Assembly (NCBI GenBank): GCA_040385225.1
Contig: JAZKHU010000006.1
Span: 60,554-124,553 of the forward strand
Origin: Pseudomonadota bacterium
GTDB taxonomy: Bacteria > Pseudomonadota > Gammaproteobacteria > Pseudomonadales > Moraxellaceae
DNA: 64,000 nt
Direction: 5' to 3'
Shown here: positions 10,030 to 20,676 of the stretch, in pieces
How the letters are laid out: the number at the start of each line of letters is the position of its first letter
Position numbering within the stretch: position 1 is the stretch's first letter
Program-made: the position numbers and the translations under genes
The notes under the pieces: model-generated
What the model saw: only the letters and a program-made list of their open reading frames with translations
Database searches by the model: none
Told to the model about the DNA's origin: nothing

Positions 10030-11370
10030 TTAGCTCAGGCCGAGCTTCTTTTCGAGATGATGGATGTCCACGCCGCCTTCCAGGAAGGCCGGATCTTGCA
10101 GGATGACATCGCGATGCAGCGTGATATTGCTCTTGATGCCGTCAATGACAATCTCGTCGAGCGCGTTGTGCAGACGCTTGAGCGCGATGTCTCGGGTCGG
10201 GCCATGCGCAATCAGCTTGCCGATCAGCGAGTCGTAGTTCGGCGGCACGCTGTAGCCGGAATACAGATGCGAGTCCATGCGGATGCCGGGGCCGCCCGGC
10301 GCGTGGTAGTAGTTGACCTTGCCGGGGCAGGGCATGAAGGTCTTCGGATCTTCCGCGTTGATGCGGCTTTCCACGGCATGGCCCTGCAGCTTGATCTGAT
10401 CTTGCGTGACCGACAGACCTAGGCCGGCGGCAACGCGCAGCTGTTCCTTGATGATGTCGATGCCGGTGACCATTTCGGTGACCGGATGTTCAACCTGCAC
10501 GCGCGTATTCATCTCGATGAAGTAGAAGCGCTCATTCTCGTAAAGAAACTCGAATGTGCCGGCGCCGCGATACTTGATCTGCTCGCAGGCACGGATGCAG
10601 GCGGCATAAACTTCTTCGCGCAGCTTCTGCGGGATGTGCGGAGCCGGCGCCTCTTCGACCACCTTCTGATGACGGCGCTGCAGCGAGCAGTCACGATCGT
10701 AAAGGTGGATGGCCTTGCCCTCGCCATCACCAATGATCTGAATCTCGACATGGCGCGGATGCTGCAAAAATTTCTCCATGTACACCGTGTCGTCGCCAAA
10801 TGCGGCCCCGGCCTCGGCCTTGGTGACCAGCAGCGACTCCAGCACATCAGCTTCGTTGTGCACCACGCGCATGCCGCGACCACCGCCACCAGCGGCGGCC
10901 TTGATGATCACGGGCAAGCCGATCTGATTAGCCATCTCGATGGCATTCTCAGCTGTCACGGCGCCGTCCGAGCCCGGCACGGTCGGCACACCGGCAGCTT
11001 TCATGGCGACGATGGCAGATACCTTGTTGCCCATCAGGCGAATGGATTCCGCGCGCGGCCCGATGAAGGCGAAGCCGGATTTCTCCACGGCTTCGGCAAA
11101 ATCGGCGTTCTCGGCAAGAAAGCCGTAGCCCGGATGAATCGCCTGAGCGCCCGTCACTTCGGCAGCCGAAATGATGGCCGGAATGTTCAGGTACGACAGC
11201 TTGCTCGCCGCCGGCCCGATGCACACGGTCTGGTCGGCGAGCCGCACATGCAGCAAATCCCGATCGGCCTTGGAATAAACAGCGACAGTCTTAATGCCCA
11301 GCTCTTTGCAGGCACGCAGGATGCGCAATGCAATCTCGCCACGGTTGGCGATGACCACCTTGTCCAACAT
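10030..11370 (-). CDS. accC: Acetyl-CoA carboxylase, biotin carboxylase subunit
   Basis: 446 aa. [33 protein letters not shown]... is the canonical AccC N-terminus. Confidence 0.97.
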   Translation of the reverse strand: MLDKVVIANRGEIALRILRACKELGIKTVAVYSKADRDLLHVRLADQTVCIGPAASKLSYLNIPAIISAAEVTGAQAIHPGYGFLAENADFAEAVEKSGFAFIGPRAESIRLMGNKVSAIVAMKAAGVPTVPGSDGAVTAENAIEMANQIGLPVIIKAAAGGGGRGMRVVHNEADVLESLLVTKAEAGAAFGDDTVYMEKFLQHPRHVEIQIIGDGEGKAIHLYDRDCSLQRRHQKVVEEAPAPHIPQKLREEVYAACIRACEQIKYRGAGTFEFLYENERFYFIEMNTRVQVEHPVTEMVTGIDIIKEQLRVAAGLGLSVTQDQIKLQGHAVESRINAEDPKTFMPCPGKVNYYHAPGGPGIRMDSHLYSGYSVPPNYDSLIGKLIAHGPTRDIALKRLHNALDEIVIDGIKSNITLHRDVILQDPAFLEGGVDIHHLEKKLGLS

Positions 11371-11385
11371 AGGGGTGATCTCCGC

Positions 11386-11859
11386 TTAGACGATGGTGAA
11401 GAGCGGTTGGTCGAACTCGACCGGCTGGCCGTCCTCAACCAGGATGCTCTCGATCACGCCGGCCTTGTCGGCCTGAATCTGGTTCATCATCTTCATGGCT
11501 TCGATGATGCAGACGGTGTCGCCGACTTTCACCGTGCTGCCGGGTTCGGCAAAGCGTGCCGAGCCCGGTGCCGGTGAACGATAGAACGTGCCGACCATCG
11601 GCGAGCGTTGCACAAAACCCTGTGTGCTGGGTTCGCTGGCAGCAACGGCGGTGCCCTTGGCGGCCTGTTCGGCGGGCGCAGGCGCAGCGGCGACGGCTAC
11701 CGGAGCCGATGCTGTCGGCAGGCTGTAATGCATGGCCTGTTGCGGGCGATTGCGGGCGATGCGTACCGACTCTTCGCCTTCGGTAATTTCCAGCTCATCA
11801 ATGCCGGACTCCTCGACGAGTTCAATCAGTTTCTTGATCTTGCGAATATCCATTGCCAA
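11386..11859 (-). CDS. accB: Acetyl-CoA carboxylase, biotin carboxyl carrier protein
   Basis: 157 aa. [23 protein letters not shown]..., an Ala/Pro linker, and the biotinylation motif [12 protein letters not shown]. Confidence 0.95.
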   Translation of the reverse strand: MAMDIRKIKKLIELVEESGIDELEITEGEESVRIARNRPQQAMHYSLPTASAPVAVAAAPAPAEQAAKGTAVAASEPSTQGFVQRSPMVGTFYRSPAPGSARFAEPGSTVKVGDTVCIIEAMKMMNQIQADKAGVIESILVEDGQPVEFDQPLFTIV

Positions 11860-11873
11860 CTCCTGAAAAATAA

Positions 11874-12329
11874 TTAGTGAGCGGTGCGCAAGTCGCGCAG
11901 CGCGTAGGTCAATGCCAGTTCATAGCCGAGTGCGCCGAGACCGGTAATGACGCCAACGGCCTTGTCCGACAGATAGGAATGCTGGCGAAATGCTTCGCGC
12001 GCATGCACATTGGACAAATGCACTTCAATGAACGGGATGCTGACACCCAGCAGCGCATCGCGCAGGGCTACAGAGGTGTGCGTGAATGCGGCGGGATTGA
12101 TGACGATGAAGCGCGTACCATCGAGACTGGCCTGGTGAACGCGATCCACCAGGGCGCCTTCGTGATTGCTTTGAAAGCACTCTAGGCTGATTCCGGCACT
12201 TTCGGCTTGTACTTGCAGGCGCTTGTTGATGGCCTCCAGCGTATCGCTGCCGTAAAGGCCGGGCTCGCGCTTGCCGAGAAGATTCAGGTTCGGGCCGTTG
12301 AGTACCAGAATTGCGGGCATGTCAGTCAT
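11874..12329 (-). CDS. aroQ: Type II 3-dehydroquinate dehydratase
   Basis: 151 aa. [21 protein letters not shown]... is the AroQ signature. Located upstream of accB as in many proteobacteria. Confidence 0.95.
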   Translation of the reverse strand: MTDMPAILVLNGPNLNLLGKREPGLYGSDTLEAINKRLQVQAESAGISLECFQSNHEGALVDRVHQASLDGTRFIVINPAAFTHTSVALRDALLGVSIPFIEVHLSNVHAREAFRQHSYLSDKAVGVITGLGALGYELALTYALRDLRTAH

Positions 12330-12711
12330 CCGGGATATTGCAGAGGGCTTGGTCGAATTCGATTATTGCCGGTAACTTCGGCGAACCACGGCCAAACTGC
12401 AAAAGTTGCAGCCTCTTTCATGGTCGTCACCTTACCGAATGACTGCTCTGCTCGCAATGCGTGCGGGGTGACGATTCTATGAAGTTAAGACGAAAAGCCA
12501 AGTTTCGGATGCAAGGCCACGACTTTCGTCGGAACTCTTCTGCCGACCATCGACTGTGTTACGCATTAATCCCATGACCGGGTGGACACGCGCCTATCAG
12601 GCAGCCTACTCTCGACGGCATAAATAGAGAGGTGGACGCGTTAGCCGGCCGTAACTCCCCCAGCCGCGGCGCAGTTCACTCGAAATTCGGACACCACTCG
12701 AGGGCCGTTGC

Positions 12712-13896
12712 ATGCGGAGTACTGTCGTTGTTCGTCTGTTGTTGGGCATTCCGCTGTTGTTGTTGTCGCCATTGCTGTTCGCGACTGCTTCCTGGGATAT
12801 GACGCCGGGCGTGACTGATATCAGTCAGCAAGTCTTTAATCTTCATCGCATTATTCTTTATGTCTGTATCGTCATCGGTCTTGGCGTTTTTGGCATGATG
12901 TTCTGGTCGATCCTGCATCATCGCAAGTCCAAGGGTGCTGTCGCGGCGCACTTCCACGAAAGCACTGTGGTTGAAATCATCTGGACGATCATTCCTTTCA
13001 TTATTCTGATCGGAATGGCCATCCCGGCCACGAAAGTGCTGGTTGCCATGAACGATACCGGCGACTCCACCATGACCATTCGCGTCACCGGCTCGCAGTG
13101 GAAGTGGAACTACGAATATCTGACCTATGACGATGACAAGGATGTCGGCGTGTCGTTCTACTCAGTGTTGTCGACGCCGCGCGAGCAATACGAGCGTCAG
13201 GGCAAAGGCTTTGGCTCTGGCAATCTGCCGGACTTCAAGAAGCATCCTAATTATCTGCTGGAGGTTGATCGTCCGCTGGTCATACCCAGTGGCCAGAAGG
13301 TGCGCTTCCTAATTACATCGGATGATGTCATTCATGCTTGGTGGGTGCCTGATTTTGCCCTCAAGCGCGATGCTGTTCCTGGCTTTGTGAATGAGGTCTG
13401 GGCTGATGTGCCGGTGGGCAAGGAGGGCATATTCCGCGGTCGCTGTGCCGAACTTTGCGGCAAAGATCATGCGTTCATGCCCATCGTTGTTGAGGCCAAA
13501 TCGAAAGCCGATTTCAAAGTCTGGCTGGCTGAGGCAAAAACGCGTGCTGCTGCAGATGCCAAGGCTGCAGCAGCCTCCGTTGACTACAAATTCCCCTCGC
13601 TGGATGCGGCCATAAAGGAGGGCGAAGCAGTATATGTGGCTCGCTGTGCGGCTTGCCATCAGGTCAGTGGTGCGGGGCTGCCCCCGATGTTCCCGGCACT
13701 GAAGGGCAGCAAGATGGCAACCGAAAAGGCCCAGCTGCAAGACCATATCAACATCATCCTGGCGGGCAAGAACGCCATGCCAGCCTGGAAAGCGATTCTG
13801 ACGCCGCGAGAAATGGCAGCCGTCACTACCTATGAACGCAACGCCTGGGGCAATGCCACTGGGGATCTCGTCCAGCCATCGGAGTTTGCTAAATGA
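12712..13896 (+). CDS. coxB: Cytochrome c oxidase subunit II with C-terminal cytochrome c domain
   Basis: 394 aa. CuA site CAELCGKDHAFM and DVIHAWWVP, with a C-terminal CAACH heme c motif. Confidence 0.9.
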   Translation: MRSTVVVRLLLGIPLLLLSPLLFATASWDMTPGVTDISQQVFNLHRIILYVCIVIGLGVFGMMFWSILHHRKSKGAVAAHFHESTVVEIIWTIIPFIILIGMAIPATKVLVAMNDTGDSTMTIRVTGSQWKWNYEYLTYDDDKDVGVSFYSVLSTPREQYERQGKGFGSGNLPDFKKHPNYLLEVDRPLVIPSGQKVRFLITSDDVIHAWWVPDFALKRDAVPGFVNEVWADVPVGKEGIFRGRCAELCGKDHAFMPIVVEAKSKADFKVWLAEAKTRAAADAKAAAASVDYKFPSLDAAIKEGEAVYVARCAACHQVSGAGLPPMFPALKGSKMATEKAQLQDHINIILAGKNAMPAWKAILTPREMAAVTTYERNAWGNATGDLVQPSEFAK

Positions 13897-15509
13897 GCGC
13901 AGAAGCTATGTCACCCACCACGGCTGCTCATGGCCATGATGATCATGGCCATCATGCGCCGTTGAAACCGTTCCTGTTGCGCATGTTCACCACCACCAAT
14001 CACAAGGACATCGGTACGATGTACCTGGTGTTCGCCCTGCTCATGCTGCTCTGCGGCGGTCTGGCAGCCATGGTGATTCGTGCCGAGCTGATGTATCCAG
14101 GCATGCAGCTGGTGCAACCGGATTTCTTCAACCAGATGACTACCGTGCACGGTCTGCTCATGGTCTTCGGTGCCATCATGCCGGCCTTCACCGGTTTTGC
14201 GAACTGGATGGTGCCGATGATGATCGGCGCGCCGGACATGGCGCTGCCGCGCCTTAACAACTTCTCGTTCTGGCTGCTGCCGTTTGCCTTCGCCATTCTG
14301 ATTGGCTCGGTGGTGATGTCCGTTCTCGGCATGGGCTCTGCGCCTAACTTCGGCTGGACCTTTTACGCTCCGCTGTCGACCACCTATGGCCCGGCCAGCA
14401 CGGACTTCTTTATCTTCTCGGTCCACCTGATGGGCATCTCATCCATCCTTGGTGCCATCAATGTCGTCGTCACCATTTTCAACCTGCGTGCCCCCGGCAT
14501 GACCCTGATGAAAATGCCGTTGTTTGTCTGGACCTGGCTGATCACCGCTTTCCTGCTGATCGCGGTGATGCCGGTACTGGCAGGCGTTGTGACCATGATG
14601 CTCACCGACCGTCACTTCGGTACCAGCTTCTTCGATGCTGCCGGTGGCGGTGACCCGGTCATGTTCCAGCACATCTTCTGGTTCTTCGGGCATCCCGAGG
14701 TCTACATCATGATCCTGCCGTCGTTCGGGATCGTCTCGGCCATTATTCCGGTCTTTGCGCGCAAGCCATTGTTCGGCTATCCGTCCATGGTTTATGCCAC
14801 GGCATCCATCGCGTTGCTGTCTTTTGTAGTTTGGGCGCACCACATGTTTACCACTGGCCTCCCGCTGGCGGGGTCGCTGTTCTACATGTACATGACCATG
14901 CTGATCTCGGTGCCTACCGGGGTGAAGGTGTTCAACTGGGTTGCCACGATGTGGCGCGGTTCGATGACCTTCGAGGTGCCGATGCTGTTTGCCATCGCCT
15001 TCGTGGTGCTGTTCACCATTGGCGGCTTCTCGGGCTTGATGCTGGCCATCACGCCGGCTGACTACCAGTATCAGGACACTTATTTTGTCGTCGCGCACTT
15101 CCACTATGTGCTGGTCACAGGCTCCCTGTTCGCGATCTTCGCCGGAGCCTACTACTGGCTGCCAAAGTGGTCCGGTCACATGTTCAACACCACGTTGGCC
15201 AAACTGCATTTCTGGAGTTCGCTGCTGTCGGTAAACCTGTTGTTCTTCCCGATGCATTTCGTGGGGCTTGCCGGCATGCCGCGTCGCTATGCCGACTACT
15301 CCATGCAGTTCGCCGACCTGAACTTCTGGATATCCATCGGCGGTTTCTGGTTTGGTGCCAGCCAGCTGTTCTTCTTGGCGGTGCTGTTCACCATCAAGCG
15401 TCAGCCTAAGGCCACGGAAAACCCCTGGGAAGCTGCTGAAGGCCTAGAGTGGACGCTGCCCAGCCCTGCGCCGTATCACAGCTTTACCGAGCCTCCGGTG
15501 ATCAAGTAA
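13893..15509 (+). CDS. ctaD: Cytochrome c oxidase subunit I
   Basis: 538 aa. ...TTNHKDIGTMYL..., HPEVYILILP-type motif (GHPEVYIMILPSFG) and WAHHMFT. ATGA overlap with coxB. Confidence 0.96.
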   Translation: MSAEAMSPTTAAHGHDDHGHHAPLKPFLLRMFTTTNHKDIGTMYLVFALLMLLCGGLAAMVIRAELMYPGMQLVQPDFFNQMTTVHGLLMVFGAIMPAFTGFANWMVPMMIGAPDMALPRLNNFSFWLLPFAFAILIGSVVMSVLGMGSAPNFGWTFYAPLSTTYGPASTDFFIFSVHLMGISSILGAINVVVTIFNLRAPGMTLMKMPLFVWTWLITAFLLIAVMPVLAGVVTMMLTDRHFGTSFFDAAGGGDPVMFQHIFWFFGHPEVYIMILPSFGIVSAIIPVFARKPLFGYPSMVYATASIALLSFVVWAHHMFTTGLPLAGSLFYMYMTMLISVPTGVKVFNWVATMWRGSMTFEVPMLFAIAFVVLFTIGGFSGLMLAITPADYQYQDTYFVVAHFHYVLVTGSLFAIFAGAYYWLPKWSGHMFNTTLAKLHFWSSLLSVNLLFFPMHFVGLAGMPRRYADYSMQFADLNFWISIGGFWFGASQLFFLAVLFTIKRQPKATENPWEAAEGLEWTLPSPAPYHSFTEPPVIK

Positions 15510-15523
15510 CGACGGAGTCCAGC

Positions 15524-16072
15524 ATGAGCCAGACGCAGCCCCCATCTCCACAGAAAAAGCAGCTTGGCTGGCTGGCGATGGGTGTTGTTGGCATGTTTGC
15601 CTTTGCCGTGTTTGCCATGCCGCCGATTTACGAGGCTTTTTGTGAATTGACCGGCCTTAATGGCAAGCCCTCGTTGGCGAATGCGATCAACAAGCCTGAT
15701 GAAGTGCTGGACAGGACCGTCACCTTGGAATTTGTGACCTCCGTTGACGCAGGCCTGCCGTGGACATTTCGCGGCAACTTGAAGTCGATTGAGGTGCATC
15801 CGGGGCAGATTCAGCGCATCAGTTTCCATGTTGAAAACACCGCGAATCATGCCGTTACCGGCAGAGCCATTCCGTCGATTGCACCTGCTGTTGGTACGGC
15901 ATTTGTGAAGAAAACGCAGTGCTTCTGCTTTGAGCAACAAACCCTGAGTGCCGGTCAATCGGTTGATATGCCGGTCATTTTGTACATCGATCCAGCGTTA
16001 CCCAAGAATATCAAGACCATTACGCTGGCTTACCGCTTTTATCGTCAGCCTGATGTTGAGCAGAAGATCTAA
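15524..16072 (+). CDS. ctaG: Cytochrome c oxidase assembly protein CtaG/Cox11
   Basis: One TM helix followed by ...CFCFEQQTL..., the Cox11 copper motif. Start trimmed to ATG 15524, just after the subunit I stop. Confidence 0.85.
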   Translation: MSQTQPPSPQKKQLGWLAMGVVGMFAFAVFAMPPIYEAFCELTGLNGKPSLANAINKPDEVLDRTVTLEFVTSVDAGLPWTFRGNLKSIEVHPGQIQRISFHVENTANHAVTGRAIPSIAPAVGTAFVKKTQCFCFEQQTLSAGQSVDMPVILYIDPALPKNIKTITLAYRFYRQPDVEQKI

Positions 16073-16104
16073 GCAGTCATTTTTTTGCATGTAAGGAGTG
16101 TTGC

Positions 16105-17022
16105 ATGTCATCGCCACAAGAGTCACAGCGGCAAGCCGGCAAGCCCGTGAGCTATTTTGTACCCGAGAGCAGTCCGTGGCCCATCATGGGGTCTTTCATT
16201 CTGTTTTTGCTGGTGATCGGCGCTGGTAACACGATCCAGAGCAATAGCTTGTCCGGGATTGCGGAAAACTCCGGGAGCTTGAACTTCCTCTTGCCGGTAG
16301 GCCTGCTCGGTTTATTTTTGCTCATGTATTTGTGGTTTCGGGACACGATTCGCGAAAGCCTAGGCAACAAAAATTCAGCGCAAATGGATATCTCTTATCG
16401 TCAAGGAATGACTTGGTTCATCTTTTCCGAGGTCATGTTCTTTGCTGCTTTCTTCGGGGCTTTGTTCTATGCCCGCGTGCTCAGCGTCCCCTGGCTGGCG
16501 GGCGAGGGCAAGGGCGTGATGACGCACGAACTGCTATGGCCTCAGTTTCAGGCGCTCTGGCCCCTGGTGAAGATGCCCAGCGGCGAAGTAACCCAGGCTA
16601 TGGGGCCTTGGGGTCTGCCGTTCCTCAATACGGTGATTCTGCTGACGTCATCGGTGACGCTGACCATTGCGCATCACGCGCTTTTGATCGGTGATCGTCG
16701 GCGACAATTAGGCTTTTTGGCACTGACGGCCTTGCTGGGTGTGATCTTCCTTGTTTGCCAGGCGGTGGAGTACCACCATGCCTATGCCGAAATGGGTCTG
16801 ACACTGCAGTCCGGCATGTATGGCTCGACCTTCTTCATGCTCACCGGGTTTCATGGCCTGCATGTCACGATCGGTACCATCATGTTGGTCGTGATGACGC
16901 TGAGAACGCAGAAAGGACATCTCACACCAGGCAACCACTTCGCCTTTGAAGCAACTGCCTGGTACTGGCACTTTGTTGATGTGGTCTGGCTATTCCTGTT
17001 TGTGGTGGTGTACTGGTTATAA
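16105..17022 (+). CDS. coxC: Cytochrome c oxidase subunit III
   Basis: 305 aa polytopic protein. ...GFHGLHVTIGT... and WYWHFVDVVWLFLF are signatures. AAGGAG lies 6 nt upstream of the ATG. Confidence 0.92.
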   Translation: MSSPQESQRQAGKPVSYFVPESSPWPIMGSFILFLLVIGAGNTIQSNSLSGIAENSGSLNFLLPVGLLGLFLLMYLWFRDTIRESLGNKNSAQMDISYRQGMTWFIFSEVMFFAAFFGALFYARVLSVPWLAGEGKGVMTHELLWPQFQALWPLVKMPSGEVTQAMGPWGLPFLNTVILLTSSVTLTIAHHALLIGDRRRQLGFLALTALLGVIFLVCQAVEYHHAYAEMGLTLQSGMYGSTFFMLTGFHGLHVTIGTIMLVVMTLRTQKGHLTPGNHFAFEATAWYWHFVDVVWLFLFVVVYWL

Positions 17023-17223
17023 GCCGTGGGGATCGATAACGCCCAAGGCACCTAATACAAAGAGCGCGGCCACAATAGCGATGGACCATACCACGCGCAT
17101 TTTCAGGGCCTGCAGCATGCGCTGCGGGTCGCCATCGCCGCCGCGTGATAAGGCTTTGAGAGCAGAGGCGAGCTGCCAGACGACCAGACCTAGTGCGAGC
17201 AGAATGACAATTTTAATGGCCAA
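17017..17223 (-). CDS. Twin-transmembrane-helix small protein (DUF2909-like)
   Basis: 68 aa with two TM helices separated by a charged loop (SRGGDGDPQRM). A small protein of this type sits between coxC and SURF1 in Pseudomonas-type cox clusters (from memory). Confidence 0.55.
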   Translation of the reverse strand: MAIKIVILLALGLVVWQLASALKALSRGGDGDPQRMLQALKMRVVWSIAIVAALFVLGALGVIDPHGL

Positions 17224-17267
17224 GATGTGGCTCCAGTAATGACAACAGGGATAGCCAGTATAAGTCT

Positions 17268-18581
17268 GTGGCAGGCGCTGTCATGGCTGATGTGACGAAC
17301 GGTTTGTCGGTTGTCGCCAGGCTTTGTTGGGGGGCTGTTGTACTGCTGGGAGCACTGTTGCTGCTAGCGCTATCTGCTTGGCAGTGGCAGCGTGCAGATG
17401 CAAAAGTGCTTTGGTTGAAGCAGCAGGCCAGTGTCTCAATACGGCAGGATGCCTGGCCTGATGCGCGGCAAGCTTTGCAGTGGCATGCCGGGCAAACAGT
17501 CAAGCTGGCGGGCCGCTTTGATCCTGAGTGTCGTGTGGCGCTGGATAATCAGCCGGCGTTAGGTCAGACCGGCTATCAGTTACATCAACTTTTCCGGCTG
17601 GATGCGGGTGGGCAGGCCATTCTGGTGAATCTGGGCTGGTTGGCCAGCGATCGCCAGCAGGGTCCTGCTGTTCCGCAGGCGTTAAACGAGCATGAGATGG
17701 TCATGGGTGATTTGCAAAAGCCGGCACGCTTTTTCACGGCGGGCGGTGCTGAGAAATTGAATGACGTATGGCGGGTCGGGCGCATTGATCTGCAGGAATG
17801 GGAGCAGCGTTGTCATGTGCGGCTGCTGCCTTGGATCGTGCGCCTTAGTCCGCAGGCGGACTTTGGTTATCATCGCGATTGGCAGCCCAGTGCCCGCCAG
17901 CAGATGGGGCCGGAAAAGCATCGTGCCTATGCTTTCCAGTGGCTTGCACTGGCAGTGACCTGGTGTTTGTGCTGGTGGCGTCTGCAGCATTACGTGAGTC
18001 GTTCGCGGCAGCGCCAGCAGGGCTCATCGCGCTGGGTTGTGCTGGCGCTGTTGTTCAGTTTCACGTTGCCGTTCGTGATGGGTCAGCTGGCCTATGATCG
18101 TCATTGGGTTGGCGGCGGAGAAACCAACAAAGGCGATCTCCTGTCCCCACCTGTTGAGTTGCGCGCGCAGTTCGGAGCCGAGCAGCAGGCGAGCCTGACA
18201 GGCCGCTGGTGGCTGAGCTATGTTTTGCCTGCTACCTGCGATGCTGCCTGTGTCGAAACATTGCAGACGTTGCCGCGCCTGCAGGCGACACTGGGGCGTG
18301 AGCGTGAGCGCGTCGGTCTGTTGCTGATCCGGACGGAGGGCCATGCGGAAATACGCCTGCCGCCCCTGTCGTCAGATGTCAAAGTCCTCTCATTGACGCC
18401 TCGTCAGCTGGCCGCGACCGGTTTGTTTCAGGCCGAGGCATCGCCCTGGCTGATCATGGATCCATTGGGCTGGGTGATGTTGCGCTATCAGCCGCCGACG
18501 ACGCATGGCGAATCGCTGCTGCGTGCACAACTGCTGCTCGATGATCTGAAAAAACTGTTGAAGGCATCTCGCATTGGCTAG
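17268..18581 (+). CDS. SURF1-family cytochrome oxidase assembly protein fused to a second membrane-anchored domain
   Basis: The N-terminal about 240 aa have SURF1 topology and motifs (LSAWQWQRADAK ... GPEKHRAYAFQWLALA). Then an Arg-rich stretch, a new TM helix (WVVLALLFSFTLPFVMG) and an about 170-aa domain follow in the same frame. GTG 17268 or ATG 17283 could be the start. Confidence 0.75.
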   Translation: MAGAVMADVTNGLSVVARLCWGAVVLLGALLLLALSAWQWQRADAKVLWLKQQASVSIRQDAWPDARQALQWHAGQTVKLAGRFDPECRVALDNQPALGQTGYQLHQLFRLDAGGQAILVNLGWLASDRQQGPAVPQALNEHEMVMGDLQKPARFFTAGGAEKLNDVWRVGRIDLQEWEQRCHVRLLPWIVRLSPQADFGYHRDWQPSARQQMGPEKHRAYAFQWLALAVTWCLCWWRLQHYVSRSRQRQQGSSRWVVLALLFSFTLPFVMGQLAYDRHWVGGGETNKGDLLSPPVELRAQFGAEQQASLTGRWWLSYVLPATCDAACVETLQTLPRLQATLGRERERVGLLLIRTEGHAEIRLPPLSSDVKVLSLTPRQLAATGLFQAEASPWLIMDPLGWVMLRYQPPTTHGESLLRAQLLLDDLKKLLKASRIG

Positions 18582-19593
18582 TTTCGATCGACGCACGTTG
18601 GTGCGTATTTCCCGGATGGCCGTGCTGCTGACATTGACGGTTATTTTGCTTGGGGCCTGGACGCGCTTGCGCGATGCCGGTCTGGGTTGCCCGGACTGGC
18701 CCATGTGCTATGGTCATTTCACCGTGCCGACATCGCCAGAGTCGCTGGCGCGGGCGGATGCATTATTTCCCGGACAGGAAGTGGTGCCGGCAAAGGCTTG
18801 GCCGGAGACTATTCACCGCTATTTTGCCAGTGGTATTGGCTTGGTGATCCTGATTCTGACGAGCCTGATGCTCTCGCGCCGAAAAGAGATCGATATGCCC
18901 TGGCGACATGGTCTCTTTCTGCTTGCGCTGGTCTGTCTGCAGGGGGCTTTCGGGGCCTGGACGGTGACCGAAAAGCTCTATCCGCCCGTGGTGACAGGAC
19001 ATTTGTTGCTGGGCTTCAGCACCTTGACCGGGTTGTTCCTGCTGCATCTGCGCTTGCGCCGTGCCTTTCCACGTACCGGTGACTGGCGTATGGCAAGGTT
19101 CTTTCGCCTGGCGCTCTTTGCGCTAGGGGTTGTCGTGCTGCAAATCATGCTGGGTGGCTGGACAGCGTCGAATTATGCGGCGACGGTTTGTACGGATCTG
19201 CCCGTGTGTCAGCCGGGCTGGATGCAGCTGTTGCAGTGGCGCGAAGCATTCAGCCTGACGCATATTGATGATGTCAGTTACGAGTTCGCGCCGCATCTGG
19301 GCGCTGCGGCAAAAGTCACTATTCATGTCGCGCATCGTCTGGGGGCCATGATTGTGGTGGCGACCCTGCTGCTGCTGGCATTTCAGCTGGCGCGACATGC
19401 TCAGGCGATCCGGTATCGGATCTTTGCCGGCGTTATTGTTCTGGCATTATCAGTTCAGATTCTGCTTGGTGTGGTGAATGTCTACTTTCAGTTGCCGCTG
19501 TGGAATGCCGTTGCGCACAATGTCTGGGCGGCTGTTCTCTTGCAAATTCTGGTAGCGTTGGCCTACGCCTTGAAAAAAGAAAAACACACATAA
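18574..19593 (+). CDS. ctaA: Heme A synthase (COX15/CtaA)
   Basis: 339 aa polytopic protein with ...TRLRDAGLGCPDWPMCYGHF... as the COX15 signature. Start is uncertain (TTG 18574, GTG 18601 or ATG 18616). Confidence 0.85.
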   Translation: MASFDRRTLVRISRMAVLLTLTVILLGAWTRLRDAGLGCPDWPMCYGHFTVPTSPESLARADALFPGQEVVPAKAWPETIHRYFASGIGLVILILTSLMLSRRKEIDMPWRHGLFLLALVCLQGAFGAWTVTEKLYPPVVTGHLLLGFSTLTGLFLLHLRLRRAFPRTGDWRMARFFRLALFALGVVVLQIMLGGWTASNYAATVCTDLPVCQPGWMQLLQWREAFSLTHIDDVSYEFAPHLGAAAKVTIHVAHRLGAMIVVATLLLLAFQLARHAQAIRYRIFAGVIVLALSVQILLGVVNVYFQLPLWNAVAHNVWAAVLLQILVALAYALKKEKHT

Positions 19594-19620
19594 AATCATG
19601 AATGATCGAGGATGTTGAAA

Positions 19621-20520
19621 ATGGCCACCGTGCCCGTGCTACAGACCACTCCGTTGTGGCGTGAATACTGGGCGTTGACCAAGCCGCGAGTGGTCGCCAT
19701 GTTGATGGTGACAGCGATCGTGGGCATGGTTCTGGCTCCTCATGAACTGCTGGCGCCCTGGCAATACCTCGCGGCTATTGTCGGGTTATGGGCGGGCATG
19801 GCATCGGCTGCGGTCATCAATCAGTGGGTTGATCAGCAAATTGATGCCGTGATGACGCGTACGCAGCAGCGCCCTCTGGTTCAAGGTCATATGCAAGGGC
19901 CGGCGGCATTGCTCTGGGCCGGTTTCTTGGCAATGTTGTCGATGGTCGTGCTGACCGTATGGGTAAATTCGCTGACAGCCTGGCTGACAGCTTTGGGCAT
20001 GGTCGGTTATGCCGGCATCTACACGCGCTATCTGAAGCGCGCCACGCCGCAAAATATTGTCATCGGCGGTTTGTCAGGGGCGTTGCCGCCGTTGCTGGGC
20101 TGGACGGCAGTGACGGGTGAAATGTCAGCGCATGCCTGGCTGTTGGTATTGATCATCTTTGTCTGGACGCCGCCGCACTTCTGGGCGCTGGCGATTCATC
20201 GTCGCGATGAATATGCCAAGGCCGGTATTCCCATGCTACCTGTCACTCATGGCGTAGAACTGACCAAGGCGCTGGTCTGGTATTACACGGTATTGCTGGG
20301 TTTGGTGACACTGCTGCCGTATCTGGTCGGCATGAGCGGGATTATTTACCTGGTGGGAGCTTGCATATTTGCCTTCCTGTTTGCGCGCGAGGCCTGGATT
20401 TTGAAAAATCGTGACAAGCCGGGGCAGGCGATGAAAACCTTTGGCTTCTCGCTGGTTTATTTGCTTGGACTGTTTGCGGTGCTGCTAGTGGATCACGTCT
20501 GGATTGTCTGGATGTCTTGA
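19621..20520 (+). CDS. cyoE: Protoheme IX farnesyltransferase (heme O synthase)
   Basis: ...YWALTKPRVV..., UbiA-type polyprenyltransferase motifs, ...WTPPHFWALA... ATG 19621 has GAGG 9 nt upstream, and ATG 19612 is the alternative. Confidence 0.9.
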   Translation: MATVPVLQTTPLWREYWALTKPRVVAMLMVTAIVGMVLAPHELLAPWQYLAAIVGLWAGMASAAVINQWVDQQIDAVMTRTQQRPLVQGHMQGPAALLWAGFLAMLSMVVLTVWVNSLTAWLTALGMVGYAGIYTRYLKRATPQNIVIGGLSGALPPLLGWTAVTGEMSAHAWLLVLIIFVWTPPHFWALAIHRRDEYAKAGIPMLPVTHGVELTKALVWYYTVLLGLVTLLPYLVGMSGIIYLVGACIFAFLFAREAWILKNRDKPGQAMKTFGFSLVYLLGLFAVLLVDHVWIVWMS

Positions 20521-20676
20521 CAAAATATGCCGGTCTTGCTTGCGCTCATTATACTTTCCGTGTTTAATCAATGAGCCCGTGGGCATCATCACCTCGTAAC
20601 GCTATGTTTTATCATGTGCGCCAAAGTTTGATGGCCGCCACACGGCTATCCGATACAGAGTTTTTTGAGGTTGATT

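Noticed and set aside
12330-12711. 380-bp aroQ / coxB divergent spacer, scanned for FNR boxes, small ORFs and riboswitch-like structure (it contains a small ctgcaa-aag-ttgcag palindrome near 12396-12410)
   Set aside because: No consensus regulatory site or convincing ORF was found, and the palindrome is short and unremarkable.
20650-20660. ccgatacagag in the cspA 5' region, loosely resembling the E. coli cspA cold box (TGACGTACAGA)
   Set aside because: It is only a partial match, and it sits near the RBS rather than at the 5' end of the UTR. It cannot be supported without comparative data.
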